From: an uncultured delta proteobacterium
GTDB lineage: Bacteria > Desulfobacterota > Binatia > Binatales > Binataceae
Assembly: GCA_963808235.1 (NCBI GenBank)
Contig: CAWEEQ010000004.1
Coordinates: forward strand, 2,112,001 to 2,176,000
Length of the DNA: 64,000 nt
Reading direction: 5' to 3'
How positions within the stretch are numbered: the first letter of the stretch is position 1; every line of letters starts with the position of its first letter. Both the position numbers and the translations under genes were made by a program. Under the pieces are notes generated by a model. That model had not been told where the DNA came from, ran no database searches, and saw only the letters and a list, made by a program, of their open reading frames with translations. Of the stretch, positions 11,328 to 21,525 are shown in pieces.

Positions 11328-11519
11328 TCACTGGACCGGTCGGACGTGCTCAAGCTCTTCCGGAAACACCACGCAGTCGCCTCCGGTCTGCCACCTTACC
11401 TTCATTAAGGTGCGATCGATGTTGCGTATGACGCCAAGGATCGTCACCTCTTCGCTGGGCAGGTGAACTTCGCCGCTGCGTGGATCTCGCACCCATTTTA
11501 CTAGAGTCGCCGTATCCAT
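11328..11519 (-). CDS. Small hypothetical protein (63 aa, beta-rich)
   Basis: ATG start; protein-like composition with alternating hydrophobic strands (KVRW..GGDCVVFPEEL). Confidence 0.5.
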   Translation of the reverse strand: MDTATLVKWVRDPRSGEVHLPSEEVTILGVIRNIDRTLMKVRWQTGGDCVVFPEELEHVRPVQ

Positions 11520-11595
11520 GAGCGTTAGGCGTGAAAAATGGCCGCACAGCGGGTGTGTGCTGATAATTGCTCAGGTGGTACGATCTTCTTGAAAC

Positions 11596-14500
11596 GTGGT
11601 CCCCCTGGAATTTCTCTCGAATCCAAGCGGAACAAATCCCATGGCACGTGAGACATGGAGCGCCCGATCCGGATCGGCTGGCATCGTCGACTTGGGGCCG
11701 ACCGCCGGTGCCGGGCAGAACGAAAAAGGGGTATTCCGCAAAGAGGGCGAGTACTGGACCGTCGGCTACGGCGGAAAAACCTTTCGCCTGAAAGACACCA
11801 AGGGACTCGGGTATCTCGCCCATCTCCTGCGTCATCCTTCGGTCGAATTCCACGTGCTCGATCTGGCCGGTGGAATCGCAAGTCAGCGCGAGGAAGACGA
11901 AACCATTGCGTCAGCGCATGGCTTGCCGCGCGGGGCTGAGGACCTCGAAAAAACGGGAATCCATATCGCGAGCCTCGGCGATGCGGGCGAAATGCTTGAC
12001 GAGCAAGCCAAGTCGGCTTACCGACGCCGACTCTCCGAGCTGCAGGAAGAACTGGAAGAGAGTAAGGAACTCGGGAACGTCGAACGCGCGGAGCAAACGG
12101 AGCAGGAGATCGATGCGCTGACTTCGGAACTCTCGCGCGCAGTCGGACTCGGCGGACGCAATCGCCGCGCAGCGTCAGCTTCGGAACGGGCCCGACAGAG
12201 CATCACCAAGACGATCAAGGCGGTACTGGACAGAATCGCGCAGAGCGATGCGACCCTCGGAAGCATCCTGTCGCGATGCATCAAGACCGGCACCTTCTGC
12301 TCCTACCTGCCTGATCCCGACTTCCCCATTGCGTGGGAATTCGAGGCTATCGAACCAGCGGAACAGCCGACCTTCAGTGTCAGTAACGCTCCGGCGCCTG
12401 TCGAGTCCCATGGCGATGCTGCGCATTCCGCACCTGCAGTTCTGGGAGTTTCGCCATTCTCGCTCGCGGAGCGAACCGCTTTCGTGGGGCGGGAGAGCGA
12501 ACGTGGCGTCATTCGCGCGGCAATCGATCGCGCGCTTGAGGGCCACGGCTCGCTGATCATGCTCGGCGGCGGACCCGGCGTGGGCAAGAGCCGCCTGGCG
12601 ATGGAGATGGGGGAGTACGCGTCGCGAGTCGGCTTTCGATGCCTGGTCGGGCACTGCTACGAAAGAGACGAGCCTTTTCCATTTCTTCCTTTCGCGGAGA
12701 TCCTTGAAAGCAGCCTCGCTCAGGCGGCAAGCCGCGATGAATTCCGCCGTCGGATGGGCGAAAATGCACCCGAACTGGCGCAGATCGCGCCAAGCCTTCG
12801 ACGAGCTTTTCCGGATATTCCGCAACCATTGGAACTGCCACCGGCGCAGAGGCGCCGCTATCTTTTCCAGAGCGTTTCAGAGGCGCTTGGGCGCGCGTCT
12901 CGAACCCGTTCGCAGTTGCACATCCTGGAGGATCTCCATTGGGCCGACGAATCGACGCTGGGGCTTTTGATTCATCTGGCCAATCGCGTCGCCCAGCTTC
13001 CGGTTGTGATCATCGGCACCTATCGCGACGGATATTCGGAACATAATTCCGCCTTGGTCCGAACCCTTGAAGAGCTGATTCGGATGGGTACTCGTCCGCT
13101 GAAGCTGGGCGGTCTGTCCAGAGACGCCGTCGCGGAGATGTTGCACGGACTAAGCCGTGGGCGAGCTCCGGAAAATCTGGTGAGCCTCATCTTCGAGGAA
13201 AGCCAGGGATATCCGTTCTTCGTCGAAGAGGTCTACCGGCACCTGGTTGAAGAGGGGAAAGTCTTCGATGCGGCCGGGCAGTTCCGCACTGACATAAAGA
13301 TCGACGATCTCGACGTTCCGGAAAACGTACGCTTGATCATCGGGCGCCGCCTCGAGCGGTTCGACGAGTCCGAAAAGCGGGTCCTGGCGGCGGCCGCGAT
13401 GATCGGGCGCAGTTTCAGCTTTCGACTCCTGACTGCAGTCAGCCAAATCGACGTTGACGATCTTTTCACCGTCATCGAGAAGGCGCAGCAGATGGGAATA
13501 ATCGTCGCCAGCTCGCAGGGACCCGAAACGCCGTTCACCTTCGCCCATGAACTCGTGCGGCAGACCCTGCTTGGCAGGATCTCGGCTCCGCGCCAACAAC
13601 AATTGCACGCCGGGGTCGCCGACGCGATCGAGTTGGTCTATCCGCGTTTCGTCAACGAACGCGCCGGAGAGATCACTGACCATCTGCTAAAAGCGGGATC
13701 GTTCGCCGATGAACGCAGACTGGTCCGTTACCTGACGTTGGCGGGCAAGAACGCTCTTGAAGCTGCGGCATTTGAAGAATCGCGGCGCAGCTTTAAGTCT
13801 GCCCTGTCGTACCAAGGCACTCGTGACCCCAGGGAAAAGGCTGAGTTGCTGGTGAACCTCTCGGCGGCGGAGCTGAGTCTCGAGCGATGGGACGCGGTAC
13901 TGGCCAATCTTCGCGAGGCGCTCGAAATTTACACTCATCTCGAAGACCGGGAGATGATCGGAAGGAGCTTCGTCCGGTTGACCAACGTCTTGATCTGGGT
14001 GGGTCGCTTCCGGGAAGCCGCCGAGACCGGTCGGCGCGGACTCGACTACCTTAAGGGTGAGGTGAGCGCTACCCGAGGACGCCTTCTTGCCGCCTTGGGC
14101 CAGGCGATCGCGGCCAACGGCGTCTGCGAGTCGGCCACCGATGCGCTGCAGGAAGCCTTAAACATCGCATCGCAGCTCTCCGATACGAAGCTTGAGGCCA
14201 GAGTGCTCGGCGCTCGGTCGATCGTAAATTTACATTTCTTCCGATTGCGAGAGGCTGCCGCGGATGGATTGCTCAGCGAGCAACTGGGTGGATCTGAATT
14301 GAATCCCTGGCAGCGCGCCCTGCAGCTACGGGTTCTGCATCAGACATTGGTAGCGCTCGGGCGGGTGGAAGAGGCGATCGAAATAGCAGACCAGCTGGAG
14401 CCTCTGGCGACCAGGATAGGGCAGGCTTACTCCATAGCGCTCTGCCTGAGCACCCGCACCTGGCTCGAATTCGGCAAAGAGCTTGACTTGGCCAAACTCG

Positions 14501-15231
14501 AAGCCGGTTTCCGTGAGGTTGCGAAATCCGACCAGAAAGTGCGGTTTCCGTTTTGGGAAGTCCTCTCCGAGGTACAACTGAGCGTGGTCGATCACATTCG
14601 CGGAGACTGGGCACGTGCTCTGTCGCATGTGCAGGCCTCATCCCGCCCCGACCCTGGGATGAGTTCAATCATCGGACTCGCCGAAGGCGCGCTCTTCAGG
14701 CAGATGGCTTACGCGGGCGAGCGCGCCGGTGCGTTGGCTATCTTTCGTGAAAAGCGCGCACTGCTCCCTGGTAGCGGCCATCAGAACCTTAGAGGTTCGT
14801 GGTGGATGCTCGCGCTGGTAGTTGAGGGCCTCGTGATGCTCGGCGAGCAATCGCAAGCGGCGGAGTTCTACCCACTGGTTCGAGAGTTGGTCGCAACCGG
14901 TGCGGTAGCGCTGTGGCCGATCTCACGTTTGACGCAAACGATCGCGGGTATCGCGGCGGCAGCCGCTCATGAGTGGAGCGCCGCTGAAGACCACTTCAAG
15001 ATTGCGACGCAACAGGCTGAGTCATTTCCGCAGCGCCTCGAACTGGCGGAGATCAGACGCTTCCACGCGATGATGTTGATCGAGCGCGGCGCCCGAGGCG
15101 ATCGCGAGAAAGCGCGAACGCTGCTCGTCGAATCGCTTGACACCTACACGCAGATTGGCATGCCCCGCCATATCAAGATCGTTCAGGCTCTGCTCAACCA
15201 GGCGAGTGTCCGAATCAGTTCGACCGGCTAG
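11596..15231 (+). CDS. STAND-like AAA ATPase with N-terminal putative DNA-binding region and C-terminal TPR-like region
   Basis: FVGRESE, Walker A GGPGVGKS, Walker B LEDLHWAD, GYPFF, FAHELVR; likely start ATG 11641. Confidence 0.88.
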   Translation: MVPLEFLSNPSGTNPMARETWSARSGSAGIVDLGPTAGAGQNEKGVFRKEGEYWTVGYGGKTFRLKDTKGLGYLAHLLRHPSVEFHVLDLAGGIASQREEDETIASAHGLPRGAEDLEKTGIHIASLGDAGEMLDEQAKSAYRRRLSELQEELEESKELGNVERAEQTEQEIDALTSELSRAVGLGGRNRRAASASERARQSITKTIKAVLDRIAQSDATLGSILSRCIKTGTFCSYLPDPDFPIAWEFEAIEPAEQPTFSVSNAPAPVESHGDAAHSAPAVLGVSPFSLAERTAFVGRESERGVIRAAIDRALEGHGSLIMLGGGPGVGKSRLAMEMGEYASRVGFRCLVGHCYERDEPFPFLPFAEILESSLAQAASRDEFRRRMGENAPELAQIAPSLRRAFPDIPQPLELPPAQRRRYLFQSVSEALGRASRTRSQLHILEDLHWADESTLGLLIHLANRVAQLPVVIIGTYRDGYSEHNSALVRTLEELIRMGTRPLKLGGLSRDAVAEMLHGLSRGRAPENLVSLIFEESQGYPFFVEEVYRHLVEEGKVFDAAGQFRTDIKIDDLDVPENVRLIIGRRLERFDESEKRVLAAAAMIGRSFSFRLLTAVSQIDVDDLFTVIEKAQQMGIIVASSQGPETPFTFAHELVRQTLLGRISAPRQQQLHAGVADAIELVYPRFVNERAGEITDHLLKAGSFADERRLVRYLTLAGKNALEAAAFEESRRSFKSALSYQGTRDPREKAELLVNLSAAELSLERWDAVLANLREALEIYTHLEDREMIGRSFVRLTNVLIWVGRFREAAETGRRGLDYLKGEVSATRGRLLAALGQAIAANGVCESATDALQEALNIASQLSDTKLEARVLGARSIVNLHFFRLREAAADGLLSEQLGGSELNPWQRALQLRVLHQTLVALGRVEEAIEIADQLEPLATRIGQAYSIALCLSTRTWLEFGKELDLAKLEAGFREVAKSDQKVRFPFWEVLSEVQLSVVDHIRGDWARALSHVQASSRPDPGMSSIIGLAEGALFRQMAYAGERAGALAIFREKRALLPGSGHQNLRGSWWMLALVVEGLVMLGEQSQAAEFYPLVRELVATGAVALWPISRLTQTIAGIAAAAAHEWSAAEDHFKIATQQAESFPQRLELAEIRRFHAMMLIERGARGDREKARTLLVESLDTYTQIGMPRHIKIVQALLNQASVRISSTG

Positions 15232-16351
15232 ATCCGTCGAACCGTAGAACAGCATACTTTGCGATGAGTCGCGCTGGTCGCAGGAAGTAGTACAAAAAAT
15301 ATAACGCGGGGGGAAGTTGCAAGGCTTTGTAATCGGCCCAGGAAGGTGCGAAGTGGCCGAGCAGGTAGCGCATACGATGTGGCGCTGACTCGAAAAGCCG
15401 CAAGCAGAAAGGGATTAACTCGGACTCCGGAGTCCGAATAGGCGCGCCTGCCAGCACCCGGTTTCTCACCTGCCGAACAAGTTCATCTACCGCGGTATCG
15501 GCAGGCAGCGTCAACGGCAGCGCGACCCCGAATAGATCCTCCGACAGCTTCAACCCAAGCAAAAGCTCGCGCATCGTGCCGGCGCGAGTCGACGCGGCTA
15601 TCACCTCGGGCCAACGCAAATTCGGAAAGGCGATCGCACATGATGCGACGTCGCAGATCCAGCCGAGGCGTTCGAAGGCATGCTTGGACCCGTGCGCGCA
15701 CAGCAACAGCAGTAGATGTTCCGGACACAGGAGTGGGATCGTGCGGCCGCAGAACGCAGTCGACACGAGCGATCGCCACACTACTTCGTGATCGAAAGGA
15801 CTCGCAAAATAGCTGGGCATGATCCGCCAATGCAGGTCCACGAAGTGGGAATCATCGACCAGCGAGATTTCCGCTTCTCTGCCGCGAAGAAAAGCAGAAT
15901 CGCACGGCCAGTGCAGAGGGCTTGCGACCCGGTAGCCTCGGGCGGTCAAAACGTCGCGGACTCGCAAGACATCGCGCGGATGAACCAGCCAATCGAGATC
16001 TGCGGAAGAGCGCATCGACAGATCGCCATAAAGTTGCTGACTCAGCGCGGGACCTTTCAACGGAACGAAATCGATCTCGTGTTCCTTAAACGATTCGGCC
16101 AATCTGCAGAGCTCTGCACTGAGTGCCAGGTTCCACCGGGTATTCTGTTGGAACGCCAGGCGAAGATTTTCCGCGGCGTGCGGCGGTATCGGGACCGATC
16201 CAAGCGCCCGGTAAAGCATCGGCGTAACGGCATGGCCTGACGAAAGGCGCATCAATTCGGCCCAGTCGATCCCGCCCGGGTCCGGTGGCGGATCTTCAGG
16301 ATGAAAAAACCGGCGCAATGCCGCGACCAGAAATTCGCACTCCCGGCTCAC
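15215..16351 (-). CDS. Nucleotidyltransferase family protein (NTP_transf_5-like), lasso cluster tailoring enzyme
   Basis: LKGPAL..Y....R.SADLDWLV, VDLHW and LCAHG.KH motifs; GTG start overlaps the ABC stop codon. Confidence 0.88.
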   Translation of the reverse strand: MSRECEFLVAALRRFFHPEDPPPDPGGIDWAELMRLSSGHAVTPMLYRALGSVPIPPHAAENLRLAFQQNTRWNLALSAELCRLAESFKEHEIDFVPLKGPALSQQLYGDLSMRSSADLDWLVHPRDVLRVRDVLTARGYRVASPLHWPCDSAFLRGREAEISLVDDSHFVDLHWRIMPSYFASPFDHEVVWRSLVSTAFCGRTIPLLCPEHLLLLLCAHGSKHAFERLGWICDVASCAIAFPNLRWPEVIAASTRAGTMRELLLGLKLSEDLFGVALPLTLPADTAVDELVRQVRNRVLAGAPIRTPESELIPFCLRLFESAPHRMRYLLGHFAPSWADYKALQLPPALYFLYYFLRPARLIAKYAVLRFDGSSRSN

Positions 16352-18159
16352 TGGAGGTTTTGGGCCGACCACCACATCGCGTAGCGTCCTCCTCGCGCGA
16401 TCAACTCCTTGTGCGAACCCGATTCGAGCACGCGCCCCTCTTCCATCACGTGAATCTCGTCGGCAAGCATCGCGGTGGTGAACCGATGCGTAATCACCAG
16501 GGCGGTGCGTCCCACTGCAAGATCGCGAAAGCGCCGCAACCAGTCAGCCTCGGCCCACGGATCCATTGCGCTGGTCGGCTCGTCCAGAATCAGGATTGGA
16601 GCCTGCCGCACAAATGCCCGCGCAAGCGCCAGCCGCTGCCACTCGCCCACGCTCAACTCGACGCCCTTGTCGAACCAGTGACCGAGCAGGTTTTCATAGC
16701 CGGCGGGAAGGCGGCGGATGAAAGTCTCGGCGCCGGCAGCCTCCGCGGCGGCGCAAATCAGCCCGTCGTCTCCCATCTTGGAAAGATCGCCCAGGCCGAT
16801 GTTCTCGCGGACCGAGGCGTTGTAGTGGACCGGCTGCTGGAACAACACGGTGACCTGCTGACGAAGCTCGTCGACTGCGAAGTTCCGCAAATCGGTCCCG
16901 TCGATTGTGATCGAGCCGGTCTCGGGATCGTAGAATCGGCACAGCAACTTGACCAGGGTACTCTTGCCCGCTCCGTTGGGACCAACGATCGCTACCACCT
17001 GGCCCTTGGGCACAAAGAGCTCAAAGTCGTTGAGCGCCAGACGTTGTCTGTCTGGGTAGCGAAAACAGATGTTTTGAAAACGAATACCCTCTTGTAGCTG
17101 GCGCGGAACCGGAACCGGCGAAACTGGTGAGATGACTCGCGGCACGAGCTCCAGGAATTCGAACAGGTTGCCGAGGAAGAGCGTGTTTTGATACAGCTCG
17201 CCGACGTTTTGCAAAAGCTCCCGCGCAAGACGCAAGCCTTGCTGAAACGCCTGATACAAAAGCGCCAGATCGCCGAGCGAGAGCTGGCCGCGCAGCGTCC
17301 TGAAAACCATCCAGACGCATGCTGCCGCGGTCACCGCCAGCGTGGACGCGCCCGCCAGCAGCTCCGCCAACCCCTGCGAGCGAGCCAGGTTGATGCGCTT
17401 CTCGCGCAGGAACTTACGCAGCTCGCGATACGCGCCCTCAAAGTAATCTCCCAGCGCAAAGAGGCGGACTTCGGAAGCGTGTTCTCCCGACGTGAGAATC
17501 CAATCGTAATACCAGATTCGGCGTACCACTGGGGTCGTCGTCATGCGAAGCTGGTGCTGCACGACGGCGTAGCGAAGCACCACGGCGAGCGCCGGGATCG
17601 TGCTCAACAACAGCGCCACCGGAAGCCAGATACCGAAACCCGCCAGCACCGCGAGCATCGCGGCAAGTGTGACGCCATTCTGGACCACGGTGCCAAGCTT
17701 TTCGACCAACACCATCGGCCGGCTGCCGGCTTCATCGCGCGCGCGATGGAGATGGTCGTAAAAATCGGGCGATTCGTAAAACGCCAGATCGGCGGCAATC
17801 GACTTGCGGTGAATGAGTCCCGAGATGTGGTCCTGCACCAGCTCGGCCTCGGCAGTGCGGGCCCAGTTGATCACGCCACCCAGCAACTCGGAGAGCAGCA
17901 GCACCATCGCCATCAAGAGCGCAGGCCAGAGCATCGGCCGCCAGTTGCCTCCGGAGCGGACCCCGGCGACAATTCCATTGACCAGGGGCCGGGTCAGATA
18001 AACCGTCGCGACCGGAAGAAATCCTTGAACGAGAAGCAGGGCGGTCCAGATGATGGTCCAGCCGGGCGCGGCTCGCCACACGAGGAGGATCGCGCGAGAG
18101 AGATCAGTCAGCAGAAGCGCCGCGCGACGAAAGCTGATGACAGCAGAGTATTCTGACAA
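16348..18159 (-). CDS. ABC transporter, fused permease/ATPase (peptide exporter, lasso D-like)
   Basis: TM domain, GPNGAGKST, LSVGEWQR, ILDEPTSAMD; no C39 peptidase domain. Confidence 0.93.
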   Translation of the reverse strand: MSEYSAVISFRRAALLLTDLSRAILLVWRAAPGWTIIWTALLLVQGFLPVATVYLTRPLVNGIVAGVRSGGNWRPMLWPALLMAMVLLLSELLGGVINWARTAEAELVQDHISGLIHRKSIAADLAFYESPDFYDHLHRARDEAGSRPMVLVEKLGTVVQNGVTLAAMLAVLAGFGIWLPVALLLSTIPALAVVLRYAVVQHQLRMTTTPVVRRIWYYDWILTSGEHASEVRLFALGDYFEGAYRELRKFLREKRINLARSQGLAELLAGASTLAVTAAACVWMVFRTLRGQLSLGDLALLYQAFQQGLRLARELLQNVGELYQNTLFLGNLFEFLELVPRVISPVSPVPVPRQLQEGIRFQNICFRYPDRQRLALNDFELFVPKGQVVAIVGPNGAGKSTLVKLLCRFYDPETGSITIDGTDLRNFAVDELRQQVTVLFQQPVHYNASVRENIGLGDLSKMGDDGLICAAAEAAGAETFIRRLPAGYENLLGHWFDKGVELSVGEWQRLALARAFVRQAPILILDEPTSAMDPWAEADWLRRFRDLAVGRTALVITHRFTTAMLADEIHVMEEGRVLESGSHKELIARGGRYAMWWSAQNLQ

Positions 18160-18203
18160 TCCGTTTATGCCGTGCGCTACTTGACATATTATACCGGCGC
18201 ATA

Positions 18204-19763
18204 GTGGTCAATCTGGAAGCCTCTGAGATTCCACCAGCTGGATTTTCGGCGCCTCGGTCGCGATACGCCGATTGGACCAAATGGAATCCGTTGCCTTGCG
18301 CCCTCGCGGTGCAGGCTGCGCTCCTGTTTTACCGCCTCGATCTGCTCGAACCGTGGGGCGACGAATGGTTCACTCTCACGATAGTTCCACAGCCGTTGAA
18401 CCAAATCCGCGCTGTCGTCGAACGAGTCGCCCATCCGCCGCTCTATTTCTTCCTGCTGCATTTCTGGATTCAACTTCCGTGGCCCGCAAGTCCGCTCACA
18501 AAGATGCGTGCGATGTCGGTCCTGTGGACCTTGCTAGCCACCGTAATTTTAGACCGGCTGTGGCTGATCGAATTGGAGCCGAGGGTGCGGCGAATGTTCC
18601 TTTCGCTATGGGTACTATCGCCTTGCCTGCTGCTCTACGCGCGGATGGCGAGGTCCTACAGCATGCAGTTGGCGCTGGCACTGCTCACGATCTACGCCGC
18701 GTCGAAATGGCTGGCTCGGCCGCAAAGTTTACGATGGCTGCTGGCGTATAGCTGCTCTTTGGTCGCGCTTCTATACACGCACTATTTGCCGGGCTTGGCG
18801 ATTATGGCATCAGCATGGATGTTATTACTTGCAAAGCCGGAGTTGTCGCCGAAGATCCGCATGATGATCGCCGCTGCGCCGATTCTGGCGATCGCGCTCT
18901 TGTACCTATCGGGGCTAACGTTTCCCTTTCTGGCGCTTGGTGCGTGGAGAGCTTCCACCACGTATCGTGTAGGAAACCCGTTCGTCGATCAGCTCGTCCG
19001 GTTCGCCTATTGGTTCGTGTCGTTCTGCTTCGGCGAGACGATTTCCGCGCTCAGCATCGTACTTGGCGCATTACTGACGCCCGCGATTGCGTTCGCGTTG
19101 TATCGCGGTGTGCGGTCGCGACCGGAATGGATGAGCCTCCTTGCCGTGGCTTCCCTGGTCGGTTACATCGGAGTGAGTCGATGGACCGGGTTCCCGTTCA
19201 CACCCGCCCGGGTTCTGTTCGCATTGCCTTTCTTTCTGATCCTGCTGGTGAAAGGAATTGATGCGGGCGCGCGCGGCTCCATCGTATTCGCGGGTCTTTT
19301 GGTCGTATACATTTCCGGCGACTATAGCTACTTCGCAAAGACCGGCTACTTGAACAAGGCGTATTGCGTGCCCTACCAAACGATGGCCGACGTTATCGTC
19401 CGCGACTCACCAGTCAGCGGCGCCGTGCTCCTTGTCGATGGATACAGCTCCGTCCCTGCCCCATTGCTGATTCGGTTGGGAAAAGGGATCAGAGTGATCT
19501 TCCTTGACGACGAACAATCGGCCGAGCCCGAAGTGGAGACGGTCCGGCATCAGACGGGCATCATATGGTTCTGGCGCCACACCAACGATACTTCGCCGGA
19601 CAAATTTGTCAGCCGCCTGGAAACGGATTTGGCTCAGGGCAGGACTGTGAAGGAATACGACTATCTCCCCTACTCGATGCCCGAGCGTTGGATACTGCGC
19701 TTCCTGCGTGGTCCTGGACAGCCCAATTACTTTTACCAGCTATCAGAGCTGAAGCTGGACTAA
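18204..19763 (+). CDS. GT-C fold membrane glycosyltransferase (GT39/PMT-like)
   Basis: WGDE in the first loop, HPPLYF, ARMARSYS, LYTHY; multiple TM helices. Confidence 0.8.
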   Translation: MVNLEASEIPPAGFSAPRSRYADWTKWNPLPCALAVQAALLFYRLDLLEPWGDEWFTLTIVPQPLNQIRAVVERVAHPPLYFFLLHFWIQLPWPASPLTKMRAMSVLWTLLATVILDRLWLIELEPRVRRMFLSLWVLSPCLLLYARMARSYSMQLALALLTIYAASKWLARPQSLRWLLAYSCSLVALLYTHYLPGLAIMASAWMLLLAKPELSPKIRMMIAAAPILAIALLYLSGLTFPFLALGAWRASTTYRVGNPFVDQLVRFAYWFVSFCFGETISALSIVLGALLTPAIAFALYRGVRSRPEWMSLLAVASLVGYIGVSRWTGFPFTPARVLFALPFFLILLVKGIDAGARGSIVFAGLLVVYISGDYSYFAKTGYLNKAYCVPYQTMADVIVRDSPVSGAVLLVDGYSSVPAPLLIRLGKGIRVIFLDDEQSAEPEVETVRHQTGIIWFWRHTNDTSPDKFVSRLETDLAQGRTVKEYDYLPYSMPERWILRFLRGPGQPNYFYQLSELKLD

Positions 19764-19769
19764 ACAGGA

Positions 19770-21500
19770 TTGACCTTGTCCCTATCTGACCGCCCTCTTC
19801 TGAAGCACCTACTGCCCGTGAGCGCGTGCGCCACGGCCTTGCTCGCGCTGGGCCTGACGCCGTATGTTGTCACTTGGCTCTCAGGATACGGCTTTTTATG
19901 TCCTACCCAGGGCGACATGCCGTACTACCTGCAGTTAGCCGCGCAGCCTTACTACAATCACTCTCTCTACCTTAGCGATCCTATGATCCAGGGTGGCCCT
20001 ACGTTCTATCCCTGGCTTCAATACATACCGCTGGTCTGCTTGACCCGATTGCTAGGCTTACCGATCTTTGCGATTCAGGTTCTGTGGACAATAGCGGCCG
20101 CGCTCGGAACGAGTCTTACACTCTACTTGTTGCTGTGGCTGGTCTGCCGAAACAGATGGCTTGCGGCAGCTATCACGATTTGCGCCTGGGCCGACATCGA
20201 CTTGGGTATGAACAGGATCGCCCACCGGCCCTTGTTCATACACCAGATCTACCTGGTCGCTTCCGACTTGATCGCGCACCTGCGGGGGCATCGCCTGGTG
20301 GACAGGCCATGGTTTCCCTGGCAATGGCGACTTACCAATCCGGCGTTGGACTTCCCGTTCCTGTTTCTTCAGTTGATCGCGACTTCCATCGCTCGCGAGC
20401 ATCCGAACCGGCGCAACCTCGTTCTTTCCGGCTTAGTCCTCGCGCTGACGTTCTATATCTATTTCTACCTGTGGACGATGATAGCCGTGGGGCTCGGCCT
20501 GGCGATCCTGGTCGATCGGCCCGGCCGCCGGACTTACGTCTGGACGTTGGCATTGGGATTCGCGCTCGGATGGCCGCAGATCGCTCATGATTACCTGGTC
20601 AGAAGTGCATCGTCGGCCGAGGGGCTGAGATATTTCGGGCTAACTACCGACCGCTTGACTACTCTGTCTAAATCTTCTCCATATTTTCATCCTTACCTGG
20701 TTATAGGTGAGCTGGTTATTCTCGGTGTCTGGATTACCCGTCGAAAGGTCCCCTCTCTCGTTCTGACGTGGTGCATTACTTGCGCCGGCGTGGGCCTCTC
20801 ATTGGTTAACTTTGTGACAAGTGTCTATCTGCACAACTACCACTGGTCATGGCTGGTCGCTCCGCTCATACACATTCTGATGGTAGCTGTCGCGCTCGAC
20901 CTGATTATGCTTTGGAAACCGAGGCTGCAGATACCTGTTTGGGTGGGCGCACTATTTGTCTGCGCATTTCTGGCCAGCGGAATCTATCTCACAGAATCCA
21001 CCCTCACGGTCGTCGACTACGACGAGACCACATCACTTTACTCTGAATATGTTCGCCAAAGACTTTCGCCCGGAGTAACGCCTCTTAAGCCTGGCGCGGT
21101 GATTGCGGGCGAATGGAACGTCGTCGATCTCGCCGCGATCGCGGAGCGACAGAGGCCGCTGCGCGGGCGATTTCTGGATAACAACGTGCTCCTTGACGAC
21201 AAGGAGCGGCGAGACCGGTTCGTCCTCGATCACTATCTATCTGGAATCGACACCCACGACGACTTCGCAGTTCGATTGAAGGAGTACTTCTTTATTCCCC
21301 ACCCTCAACTGCCAGCCTATCTGCACACCTTCGACGAAGTATCTCGCGATCCGGACCGCTTCATCGATGATCTTAAGGTACGCTACCTCGTGCTCCCAGC
21401 AACTCAGCCTATCCCGAAGTCCCTGAGCCGCAGGTGGAATCTCATCCAGCCGGGTCCCTACTTCCGGATTTGGGAATGGACTGACAGCGCTCCGAAATAA
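19770..21500 (+). CDS. Polytopic membrane protein, probable GT-C-like
   Basis: GDMPYY acidic first loop; many TM helices; C-terminal periplasmic region (LKVRYLV). Confidence 0.6.
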   Translation: MTLSLSDRPLLKHLLPVSACATALLALGLTPYVVTWLSGYGFLCPTQGDMPYYLQLAAQPYYNHSLYLSDPMIQGGPTFYPWLQYIPLVCLTRLLGLPIFAIQVLWTIAAALGTSLTLYLLLWLVCRNRWLAAAITICAWADIDLGMNRIAHRPLFIHQIYLVASDLIAHLRGHRLVDRPWFPWQWRLTNPALDFPFLFLQLIATSIAREHPNRRNLVLSGLVLALTFYIYFYLWTMIAVGLGLAILVDRPGRRTYVWTLALGFALGWPQIAHDYLVRSASSAEGLRYFGLTTDRLTTLSKSSPYFHPYLVIGELVILGVWITRRKVPSLVLTWCITCAGVGLSLVNFVTSVYLHNYHWSWLVAPLIHILMVAVALDLIMLWKPRLQIPVWVGALFVCAFLASGIYLTESTLTVVDYDETTSLYSEYVRQRLSPGVTPLKPGAVIAGEWNVVDLAAIAERQRPLRGRFLDNNVLLDDKERRDRFVLDHYLSGIDTHDDFAVRLKEYFFIPHPQLPAYLHTFDEVSRDPDRFIDDLKVRYLVLPATQPIPKSLSRRWNLIQPGPYFRIWEWTDSAPK

Positions 21501-21525
21501 ATCTGTTCCCGGCCGATCGTGGAAA

